Source of the DNA: an uncultured Rhodospirillaceae bacterium
GTDB taxonomy: Bacteria; Pseudomonadota; Alphaproteobacteria; CAAGCB01; CAG-977
Direction of reading: 5' to 3'
Assembly (NCBI GenBank): GCA_900550445.1
Contig: URSF01000008.1
Span: 787-64,786 of the forward strand
DNA: 64,000 nucleotides
A program made the position numbers and the translations under genes. The notes below the pieces were generated by a model, which made no database searches, was not told the DNA's origin, and saw only the letters and a program-made list of their open reading frames with translations. Below, piece by piece: positions 37,098 through 44,768 of the stretch (positions are counted from its first letter, which is position 1; every line of letters begins with the position of its first letter).

Positions 37098-38950
37098 CCT
37101 TTTGTTTTTTGTATAATGGCTTCTGTTAATTTTTTTAATAAAGGATGTTTTGTTTCAAAACTAGATGTGTTAAACTTTTCAGCCAGATCACTTTTTAGTT
37201 TATAAATAATCTCATCAGATTTATCGTTCAATCCATTTTTATGAAGAAAAATTTTTATTTTTTCCAAAATAGGGCGAGATGTATTTTCATCTTCAAAATT
37301 GAGTTCAGCATTTTCCTTTTTGATAAGAGGATTAAGACACGCTTTAATGAACTCTAGATTCAATGTATCTTCTATTGTCCCTCCAACAATAATATCTCCA
37401 CACAAGTCTCTAATAGTCATTACATTGGATGGTGAAAATGGAGCCCCTAACTCTATAATTTTTTCTTTATATTTTTTTCCATCATCGTCGTCATCTACAA
37501 TAACAATACAATCAACATCTGAATATTTTAATAACGAGGCAACCTGAACAATGTTTCCTCCTTGCCCATTTGTAATTCCAATGCAAGAGTTCACATCAAC
37601 TTTTTTTATACTTTTTCTTAATAGGTTAAAGTCAGATTTCCCTTCAACTAACACTTTATACGGTGTCAGTAAATCTTTAAGAACATTGATGCCAAAACCC
37701 ATTCTTAAAACTTCTTCATCTGCTAATATGATATCTTCTCTTATTTGCTTTATCTGAGTTTTCCCTTTTGATTTTTTGACAATAAAGTGGCGACTCATAT
37801 TTTTATTATCAATCATAAAAGGAGAATGAGTGGCGACAAAAACGTAATTATTTTTTCCAATCTTAATAAGTTCATCTCGCATATACCGGATTCCCGATGG
37901 ATGCAGGTGATTTTCTGGCTCATCAATTATAATAATTTGATCTTTACATTTTTCTTTTTTGTTTGAAATTGATAAATGGAGAATTAAAGATATAAAATGC
38001 TTAAACCCCTGGCTCCTTTCATCCATTCCAAAAAACTCATCTTCATTATCTTTATCCGTTATATATACATTTAATATTTTAGTTGAATTTTCTATCTCTA
38101 CATCAATTGAAACCCCATGCTCCTTCCATACTTCATTGATATATTTAGTTGCATTTTTGCTGAGTTGCCGAGATAGCGTACGTGTTTCTGCTGGTGTAAG
38201 AGATGATATTTTTTCTTGAATTTTCTCTTTAGTATCTAAATCACAAAGAGCAAATAAATTTGTCAAAGGAATCGAAATAGAATTATCTGCAGCAAATGCG
38301 TTTAAATCAATAGACTTTGTTATTAGATACTTTTCTTCAGCTTTCCATATTGATAATTCTTGATTAGGTGTTTTTAAGTTTGAAAAAACGTATTTTTGCA
38401 AAAGTTCAAATAAATTATCTTCATCTAATAAAGTGTATGACTTTTTTTCTTCTTCTGTTATTCCGTCATTATCTTTTATAGTGCATAATTTTTCATTTGG
38501 ATTTTGGCTTTGCTGTATCATAGCAAAAGAAAATTGGCTTATATCAAATGGCTCCCACAATATATTATAGACAGAAGAAAATGATGTCTTATCTTTCTCT
38601 AAGAAGACATTTTTTTCATATTCAGTTATTTTAAATACTTTTTCAAATTTAGGAGAACAATTTACATATTTTTTTAATTCTTTTTTCCATTCGTCTTCTT
38701 TATTAAATTTATATCTATAATACAAATCTACATATTTTTCTTTTGAATCTCTATATGCTATATCTTTAAATTTATATGTTTTTTTATTAATTGTCTCTGA
38801 CAGTAATGAAATTGCATCTAATAAATTACTTTTTCCGGCTTCATTTAATCCGACAAATACAGAAGTCCAACTATCTCCGTATTTCTCAATGGGGATAACG
38901 ACATCATAAATTGATTTATAATTACGTATTTCTATTTCACTTAAATACAT
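37091..38950 (-). CDS. OLD-family ATP-dependent endonuclease (ABC-type ATPase + TOPRIM)
   Basis: 619 aa. Walker A GLNEAGKSNLLDAI, Walker B IIIIDEPENHLHP, VATHSP. TOPRIM Glu in VLVEGKSD and the acidic DxD cluster VIVDDDDDG. 7-nt overlap with hsdS and 13 nt after hsdM. Confidence 0.85.
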   Translation of the reverse strand: MYLSEIEIRNYKSIYDVVIPIEKYGDSWTSVFVGLNEAGKSNLLDAISLLSETINKKTYKFKDIAYRDSKEKYVDLYYRYKFNKEDEWKKELKKYVNCSPKFEKVFKITEYEKNVFLEKDKTSFSSVYNILWEPFDISQFSFAMIQQSQNPNEKLCTIKDNDGITEEEKKSYTLLDEDNLFELLQKYVFSNLKTPNQELSIWKAEEKYLITKSIDLNAFAADNSISIPLTNLFALCDLDTKEKIQEKISSLTPAETRTLSRQLSKNATKYINEVWKEHGVSIDVEIENSTKILNVYITDKDNEDEFFGMDERSQGFKHFISLILHLSISNKKEKCKDQIIIIDEPENHLHPSGIRYMRDELIKIGKNNYVFVATHSPFMIDNKNMSRHFIVKKSKGKTQIKQIREDIILADEEVLRMGFGINVLKDLLTPYKVLVEGKSDFNLLRKSIKKVDVNSCIGITNGQGGNIVQVASLLKYSDVDCIVIVDDDDDGKKYKEKIIELGAPFSPSNVMTIRDLCGDIIVGGTIEDTLNLEFIKACLNPLIKKENAELNFEDENTSRPILEKIKIFLHKNGLNDKSDEIIYKLKSDLAEKFNTSSFETKHPLLKKLTEAIIQKTKGC

Positions 38951-38963
38951 TTTAACTCCTTTC

Positions 38964-40463
38964 TTAGATTTCTAATTCTTTAAGATATGCAGACATTTTG
39001 TCCTGAACAGCACTAAGTTGTGCTTCCAAATCGGCGATTTCGGCTTTGACGGCGGACAAGTCAATTTCCTCTTCCTCCTCAAACGTATCGACATAACGCG
39101 GAATATTCAGGTTAAAGTCGTTTTCTTCAATCTCGTCAAAGCTTGCCAAATGCGAAAATTTTTCAATTTCCGAACGGTTTTTATAAGTCTCAAATATCTT
39201 GGTGATGTGCTCCGGTTCAAGCGTGTTTTGATTTTTTCCCGCCTTAAATTCTTTGCTGGCATCAATAAACAAGACGTCTTTTCGTTCTTGATTTTTACCG
39301 CCTTCCTGTCGGGACTTGTCAAAAATCAAAATGGCGACGGGAATTCCCGTCGTTTGGAACAATCCTGCCGGCAAACCGATAACCGCATCCAGCAGATTTT
39401 CCTTTATCAGCGCTTGGCGGATGCGCCCCTCCGAACTGCCGCGAAACAAAACACCGTGCGGAACAATTACCGCAACGCGCCCCGATTTTTCTTTGGCGGT
39501 GGCGATCATATGCGAAATAAACGCATAATCCCCCTTGCTGGCCGGAGGCATTCCGCGATCAAAACGATGATAGATGTCATTTTCCAAATGCTTTTCGCCC
39601 CATTTATCTAAAGAAAAAGGAGGGTTTGCGACAATCACATCGAACTGCATCAGTTTTTCATCCTCTTTCAGCAAAGGATTGTTCAGCGTGTCTCCCCATT
39701 CCAAACGGGCGGAATCTTTGTGGTGCAAAAACATATTCATACGCGCCAGATTGTACGTCGCTCCGGTTTTTTCCTGACCGTACAAGGCATAGTCTTTGGA
39801 TTCTTGTTTTTCGACTTCTTCGCCCGCCAACAAAAGCAGACCGCCCGAACCGCAGGTCGGGTCGCAAATGCGATCCCCGGGCTTTGGCATCGCCAGTTTT
39901 GCCAGCAATGACGCAACGACTTTCGGGGTGTAGAACTCACCCGCCTTTTTCCCCGCATCCGACCCAAAGCGTTCGATCAGATACATATACGCGTTACCCA
40001 GCAGGTCGCCGTCAACTTCCGACAGGTCAACTTTGCTAAAATCACTGATCATATCCCGCAACATTTTGTTACGTTGTGATGTCTGACCCAAAACGGACTG
40101 GCTATTAAAATCAACCGTAAAAATATCGTGCAAAGGTCCGTTTGCCTCTTCAATTTTATGTAACGCGATGTTCAGAAGTTCGCCTATATTGTCCGCGTTC
40201 TGGTTTTCATAAATGTCGGAAAAGGTCGCCCCCTCAGGCAAAACAAAGCGCGCGTTTTTCAGTTTCAACGCAATGCGATCTTTGTCGTCACCGTAACGGT
40301 CTTTCAGTTTTTTGACTTCGGCTTGCTTGATGTCGCTGATATATTTAAAGAATAAAAACGCTAAAATATAATCCTTAAAAATACTGCTATCCACAACGCC
40401 CCGCGCAGAATCCGCAGCGTTCCACAGCAGTTTATTCAATTCGTCTTGAGTTAAAACAGCCAT
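38964..40463 (-). CDS. hsdM: type I R-M DNA methyltransferase subunit M
   Basis: 499 aa. HsdM N-terminal domain, AdoMet motif ICDPTCGSGGLL, catalytic VIVANPPFS. Confidence 0.95.
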   Translation of the reverse strand: MAVLTQDELNKLLWNAADSARGVVDSSIFKDYILAFLFFKYISDIKQAEVKKLKDRYGDDKDRIALKLKNARFVLPEGATFSDIYENQNADNIGELLNIALHKIEEANGPLHDIFTVDFNSQSVLGQTSQRNKMLRDMISDFSKVDLSEVDGDLLGNAYMYLIERFGSDAGKKAGEFYTPKVVASLLAKLAMPKPGDRICDPTCGSGGLLLLAGEEVEKQESKDYALYGQEKTGATYNLARMNMFLHHKDSARLEWGDTLNNPLLKEDEKLMQFDVIVANPPFSLDKWGEKHLENDIYHRFDRGMPPASKGDYAFISHMIATAKEKSGRVAVIVPHGVLFRGSSEGRIRQALIKENLLDAVIGLPAGLFQTTGIPVAILIFDKSRQEGGKNQERKDVLFIDASKEFKAGKNQNTLEPEHITKIFETYKNRSEIEKFSHLASFDEIEENDFNLNIPRYVDTFEEEEEIDLSAVKAEIADLEAQLSAVQDKMSAYLKELEI

Positions 40464-40464
40464 T

Positions 40465-41019
40465 TTATATCTCCGTATTTAAAGACAATTCCAATAATTT
40501 TGCTTTTTTCTCTGCCAAACGTCGCGACAATTCCTTTTCCTTTAAAAGCAAAAAGTATGTTTCCGCAAGAAGTTTCTGCCGTTTCAAGGGCAACGGCGGA
40601 ATATCCAAACTTTCAATGCCCGATCGAACAATAGCCTGCAAAGTGCCGGGATTCCTGCGAGAGGACATTTGTGCTTGTCCCGATTTTGAATTAAGATAAA
40701 AAACCAGAAACTTGGGCAAAAAATGTTTGTCCCGAACGGAAAGCACAAACAACAAATTGGAAGCAATGGCGTCATGAGCACCTTGATACAGTGCGGCTTT
40801 AAATTCGCCTCTGCTTGACAGAAGAACGTCCTCTGCCTTTAACAGATAATCCTTCTTGAAATGTTTGGGAGTGAAACAAACCGGGACATCCGCGATAATC
40901 CCGCCGCCGATCACGTCCTTCGGCTGAACAACTTGATATAATCCGTCCGACATATTCGGCACTGCTCCTCGAAAAGGATAGCCTGCTCTGATTTCGGCAA
41001 TGTCACAAAGTCGTGTCAA
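40465..41019 (-). CDS. half-size HsdS-like protein (single TRD + one conserved helix)
   Basis: 184 aa. N-terminus LCDIAEIRAGYPFRG is typical of S-subunit TRDs. C-terminal coiled helix LLKEKELSRRLAEKKAKLLELSL. 1-nt gap from hsdM. Confidence 0.75.
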   Translation of the reverse strand: MTRLCDIAEIRAGYPFRGAVPNMSDGLYQVVQPKDVIGGGIIADVPVCFTPKHFKKDYLLKAEDVLLSSRGEFKAALYQGAHDAIASNLLFVLSVRDKHFLPKFLVFYLNSKSGQAQMSSRRNPGTLQAIVRSGIESLDIPPLPLKRQKLLAETYFLLLKEKELSRRLAEKKAKLLELSLNTEI

Positions 41020-41253
41020 TGTAATTCCTCCAGGTTTTTAAACAGAATAGATAAAACAGATGGAAATTACAATAGAAAAAAAACGCACTTTTTTATTGAC
41101 AGCGACGCCGCAAAAAGATATCTCTAAAAAAAGAGGGCGGAAGTCCGCCCTCTTTGACAGCCGGAACAACGCCCGACAATCTTTCGCAAATTTTGTTTTA
41201 TCGCGTTATTTCCGCCGCTGTCAAGGTTTAAACTTTATTAAGCGGAGGTCTGT

Positions 41254-41544
41254 ATGACAGCGAACATGACAATAGCATCAGATATTTTGAAACACGTAGG
41301 TTGGGATTCCAAGTCCGATTGGTATGTCGGAATTGCGTCGGATGCATCAACCCGTTTATTTCATGACCACAACGTTGACGAAAAAAACGGTCGTTGGATT
41401 TATCGTGACGCCCAAAGCGAAACGGACGCACGAGACACGGAACGATACTTGTTGCAGAATTATCCTTTTCAAGGCGGTACGGGCGGCGGAAATTATCCAC
41501 GCTATGTTTATGCGTATAAAATCACCCCTACGACCAAAGAATAG
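41254..41544 (+). CDS. small hypothetical protein (possibly GIY-YIG-like)
   Basis: 96 aa. WYVGIASDASTRLFHDH ... ARDTERYLL ... YVYAYK loosely recalls the GIY-YIG motif order. Confidence 0.4.
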   Translation: MTANMTIASDILKHVGWDSKSDWYVGIASDASTRLFHDHNVDEKNGRWIYRDAQSETDARDTERYLLQNYPFQGGTGGGNYPRYVYAYKITPTTKE

Positions 41545-41714
41545 TATCAGCTCTGCATTTATCGGGTGTCCGTAAATATGGGATTCCGGTAAGACGACAT
41601 AAACGCTTTGGCCTATTTAAGTCCCAAAAGGTTTTTATAACGGAAGTTTTCAATATGTCCGCATATGCAGATAATTAAGAAAGATTTATGCGACGTGAAA
41701 GGCAGGTGATATAT

Positions 41715-41891
41715 ATGGCAACAAATCCGCCGAAGGGCGACGGACACCGTAACGGTGCAATCAAAGATCGGTCTCAGGTTTATAATCCGAAAACAGATCG
41801 TTGGGTTAAACGCGATGCCGATACGGGGCGGTTTATTGACCAAAAGGCCGATGACAAACCGTTTATAAGCGTTCGCAAAGAAAAGCAATAA
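41715..41891 (+). CDS. small conserved hypothetical protein
   Basis: 58 aa from the ATG at 41715 (SD AGGTGA). Sequence MATNPPKGDGHRNGAIKDRSQVYNPKTDRWVKRDADTGRFID..., followed by a terminator. Confidence 0.5.
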   Translation: MATNPPKGDGHRNGAIKDRSQVYNPKTDRWVKRDADTGRFIDQKADDKPFISVRKEKQ

Positions 41892-41905
41892 TTCTTAAAA
41901 AAAAG

Positions 41906-41938
41906 CCGCTCTGATAAAAATCAGGGCGGTAGCTTTTT
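41906..41938 (+). terminator. intrinsic terminator
   Basis: CCGCTCTGAT-AAAA-ATCAGGGCGG (1 mismatch) followed by TAGCTTTTT. Confidence 0.55.
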
Positions 41939-42199
41939 AGTGCTGTTTTGGGAATTTGTTTTTGAGGCTTTTAAACAGTTTTAAAAAAAAGATGTTTAAG
42001 CAAACTGATAAAAACACTCCTGTTTAATATCGACTTTAAACCTGTTTTTATATCGGCATACGATCGGGAATGATTTCGAGATTGCTAAGCTACGAAGGCA
42101 AGTTCAAGAAGGATTATCAAGACCATACCGGTTTGATTAACTTCTGGGTCGTTTTACCTGAAATACGCAGGCGGGGCATTAAGGTTCCGCCTGTTTTGT

Positions 42200-42541
42200 T
42201 TATTCCTCTGCCGATTTAAACCAGTTTTTTCGTCTGTGTTCAAGGGCGTTCAGTACTTTTAAAACGTTGCCGACCTGAACGGTCGTATCCCCGTGCAACA
42301 GCTTTAAAACCGTCGGCTTGGACAGTTTCGCCTCTTTGGCCAGGACGTCCGCAGAAACGCCCAATATCGTTTTGTAACGGTTTATTTGTTCGACAATAAT
42401 GCGCCACTTTAAAATGTCGGTCACTTTATCGTTCGTGAAATCGATTTTCGGAACGCCGTACGTTTTTCGTTTTTGTTTGCTGTTGCGTTTCTTTTTTACA
42501 AAATCAAAATCGGTATCAACATCATCAAAATCAGCTGTCAT
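42200..42541 (-). CDS. HTH DNA-binding protein (XRE-like) at the island right end
   Basis: 113 aa. LGVSADVLAKEAKLSKPTVLKLLHG is a helix-turn-helix. Acidic N-terminus, then a basic linker. Confidence 0.65.
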   Translation of the reverse strand: MTADFDDVDTDFDFVKKKRNSKQKRKTYGVPKIDFTNDKVTDILKWRIIVEQINRYKTILGVSADVLAKEAKLSKPTVLKLLHGDTTVQVGNVLKVLNALEHRRKNWFKSAEE

Positions 42542-42775
42542 GGCGTCTCCCGTTTTCTTTACAGGCTATTCCGGCTTTTTATGTTAGTCAATTATAATTA
42601 TCTTTAAGGATTTTTATATTTATCCCTTTTCTCTGTTTACAAGATTAAGGGTATGATTTAACGTGATAAATATGCTAACAAAACTGCTAACATTTTTTTA
42701 TGAAAAGGAGCTCAAGACTTGATAAAAACCGCAAAAATCCGTCATTTAACGTCATCAAAAAATCAAAATCATACC

Positions 42776-42996
42776 TCCAGGTTCCCCAGCCACTTTGAAA
42801 GCCAAGTCGTTGAAAAAACGAACTTGGCTTTTTTATGATCGGGGAAATGTTAGTGGTACTAATAAAGCTGCTAACGATGTTCGTTCGCACAGGCGATTGT
42901 CATGACATTGTACAATCGCGGTTATTCTTAATTATGCCATTCTGTACGTTTCTTGAAATACCTGTCTTTCTCCTGATGAAAAACAGATCTGGATTT
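42776..42996 (+). repeat. attR plus right copy of the ~220-bp direct repeat
   Basis: Exact 18-nt core TCCAGGTTCCCCAGCCAC, a copy of the tRNA terminator, and a diverged copy of the int 5' end. Confidence 0.85.
42902..42996 (+). pseudogene. integrase 5' stub (remnant of an older element)
   Basis: ATGACATTGTACAATCGCGGTTATTCTTAA gives MTLYNRGYS*, against MTLYNRGYSYYAIL in the intact int. Homology stops at about 42996. Confidence 0.75.
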
Positions 42997-43434
42997 AAGC
43001 CATCTGTATGTGTAGGTACGAACGGCATTTAGCTTTAAAAGACTTTCTGAAAAGGAGGCTTCTTTAAAAAGGAAACACATTTAGGCAGATTTTTCACATA
43101 TTTTTCGAGCCCTTACAATTTTCCTATAAAGTTTGCGCTTTCTACAGAAATCTACAGGACATTTGAAAGGGCCGTTGGCGCATTGGGAACTTTAAATGCC
43201 CTTGAATTAAAATACATCACGAGATGTATAACAGAGGGGCTTTTGGGGAGTTGTTTTTTGGGAATAAAAAAGAGAAAATCAATCACCGCTAAATTAACTC
43301 TGAAATACACGTTTGAATCATAAGAAACATGAAAGCCGCTTATTATGAAAACGTTTAGAAGAAGAAAAAAATTCCTTGACATTTTAGCAAAAATAATAAC
43401 AATATGTGATATGCTGAAAATACACTTATTGTCT

Positions 43435-43461
43435 AAGCAGGATATGATGCCTGCTTTTTTT
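43435..43461 (+). terminator. hairpin plus T-run in the leader of the tail-fibre gene
   Basis: AAGCAGG-ATATGATG-CCTGCTT followed by T6, ending 14 nt before ATG 43475. A TTGACA box lies at 43376-43381. Confidence 0.45.
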
Positions 43462-43474
43462 ATGGGAAAAAATA

Positions 43475-44377
43475 ATGACGGTAAGCACAACAATAAATAA
43501 AATGTCTTATATCGGAAACGGAATTGCCACAAGCTTTGCCATTCCTTTTCCTTATTTAGACATTTCTCATTTAAAGGTGTATCAGCTTTTAAATGACATT
43601 CAGACAGAAAGAACGGATTGGACGGTTCAAAACGGCAATCTGATTTTTGAAACGGCTCCGGTGATGGACGCTCAGATTGTGATTATTCGGGAATTGCCTT
43701 TTATTCAAGAAACCGATTATCAGGAAAACGAAATACTGGCAGCAGAAACTTTGGAGAAAAACTTTGATGCTTTAACAATGCAAATACAGCAGTTGAAGGA
43801 ACAAGCCGACAGAGCCGTGACGGTGGATCTGTTTGACGAAACGGCCGCTTCGGATTTACTGCCTAGCATCAGATCTGCTGTTTCCAATGCCGCCGAGTAT
43901 GCTCAATCGTCGGCAGAACAAGCAAATAATGCCGCACAATCCGCCCAAACAGCAACGGAAAAAGCTTTAATCGCGACAAACAAGGCTCAAGAAGCGATAA
44001 ATACATTGGCAAACAAAGCTGATAAAAGTGTATATGCTTCAAAAACCGTTCGCGGTGTGGCAATGTGGGCAAACACGTATTCTAATGTGACAGAAAATCG
44101 TCCTGCTACAGTTATCATCAGTTATGTCAACGGTTCTTCTTGGTATCGTTTGTGGTCCGACGGTTGGATCGAACAAGGCTTTTCAATTTCCGGCGATTCA
44201 AATATGTTAAATTGGCCGAAGCCTTTTTCTAATACAAATTATACGGTAACGAGTACCCCTGTTGTATATAATAATTATGGAGTGCAGGCTGTTTCCATTA
44301 CATCAAAAACCGCGGCAGGGATTGTCTGGGCTGGAACGAATTATTCCTCGACCTGTTGGTATGCCTGCGGTTATTAA
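43475..44377 (+). CDS. phage tail fibre protein with T7 gp17-like N-terminal adaptor domain
   Basis: 300 aa. The N-terminus (YIGNGIATSFAIPFPYLDISHLKVY ... IVIIRELPFIQETDYQEN ... LTMQIQQLKEQADR) parallels the T7 gp17 N-terminal region. It has an Ala/Gln-rich coiled coil and a C-terminal tip with WYRLWSDGWIEQG. Confidence 0.75.
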   Translation: MTVSTTINKMSYIGNGIATSFAIPFPYLDISHLKVYQLLNDIQTERTDWTVQNGNLIFETAPVMDAQIVIIRELPFIQETDYQENEILAAETLEKNFDALTMQIQQLKEQADRAVTVDLFDETAASDLLPSIRSAVSNAAEYAQSSAEQANNAAQSAQTATEKALIATNKAQEAINTLANKADKSVYASKTVRGVAMWANTYSNVTENRPATVIISYVNGSSWYRLWSDGWIEQGFSISGDSNMLNWPKPFSNTNYTVTSTPVVYNNYGVQAVSITSKTAAGIVWAGTNYSSTCWYACGY

Positions 44378-44391
44378 TGGGAGATTGATCA

Positions 44392-44721
44392 ATGAAAACA
44401 CTACGACAGATTTCTGACGAACAACCTGTTCTGTATGCACAAATGGCTTTAGAGGCAAACAATGCAGGGAAATTGTTGATTGTTGATAATAACGATCAGT
44501 TGCAGTTGGCAGACTATCCGGAAAAAACAGATGAGGAAAAAGCCGCTGATATCAGAAAACACAGAAATGCTTTATTGGAGGCGACTGATAAATATATGTT
44601 GGAAGATTTTCCGATTTCAACAGAAAAGAAACAAGCCTATAAAGACTATCGCCAACAACTGCGTGATATAACGGCGACAGAAAATTTTCCGTACGATATA
44701 AAATTTCCGGTAATGCCGTAA
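44392..44721 (+). CDS. tail fibre assembly chaperone
   Basis: 109 aa. RKHRNALLEATDKYMLEDFPIS...AYKDYRQQLRDITATENFPYDIKFPVMP is the typical Tfa C-terminal signature. Confidence 0.75.
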   Translation: MKTLRQISDEQPVLYAQMALEANNAGKLLIVDNNDQLQLADYPEKTDEEKAADIRKHRNALLEATDKYMLEDFPISTEKKQAYKDYRQQLRDITATENFPYDIKFPVMP

Positions 44722-44726
44722 TGAAA

Positions 44727-44768
44727 TAGCATCACCGCCTAAATGGCGGTGATGCTATTGTTTTTATT
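44727..44768. terminator. strong hairpin terminator between convergent tfa and the acyltransferase gene
   Basis: TAGCATCACCGCC-TAAAT-GGCGGTGATGCTA (13-bp stem) followed by TTGTTTTTATT. Confidence 0.8.

Larger units (their letters stand above)
21263..42793 (+). mobile_element. ~21.5-kb integrative genomic island in the 3' end of tRNA-Gln (defence island; no conjugation or capsid genes seen)
   Basis: An 18-nt direct repeat of the tRNA 3' end sits at both borders and the integrase gene is adjacent to attL. Cargo is R-M, nuclease, helicase and recombinase genes. Confidence 0.8.

Noticed and set aside
25344-38950. Gabija-like pairing of the OLD-family nuclease with the UvrD-like helicase
   Set aside because: GajA/GajB are adjacent and co-transcribed. 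Here the two genes are ~10 kb apart, on opposite strands and in different operons, and the helicase is coupled to the Rep-like gene instead.
35883-41019. Phase-variable hsdS shufflon driven by the nearby small tyrosine recombinase
   Set aside because: The two S genes are in the same orientation, and I see no shared nucleotide repeats or inverted repeats between them. The recombinase is 7 kb away with other transcription units in between.
42068-42215. 49-codon plus-strand ORF (MISRLLSYEGKFKKDYQDHTGLINFWVV...) downstream of the small genes
   Set aside because: It has no SD, is below the ORF-track length cut-off, overlaps the 3' end of the HTH gene and shows no recognisable motif. It may be a gene fragment, but this cannot be supported.
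43152-43532. 126-aa minus-strand ORF upstream of the tail-fibre gene
   Set aside because: It lies in an AT-rich intergenic region, has no SD and a hydrophobic low-complexity translation, and overlaps the tail-fibre start.
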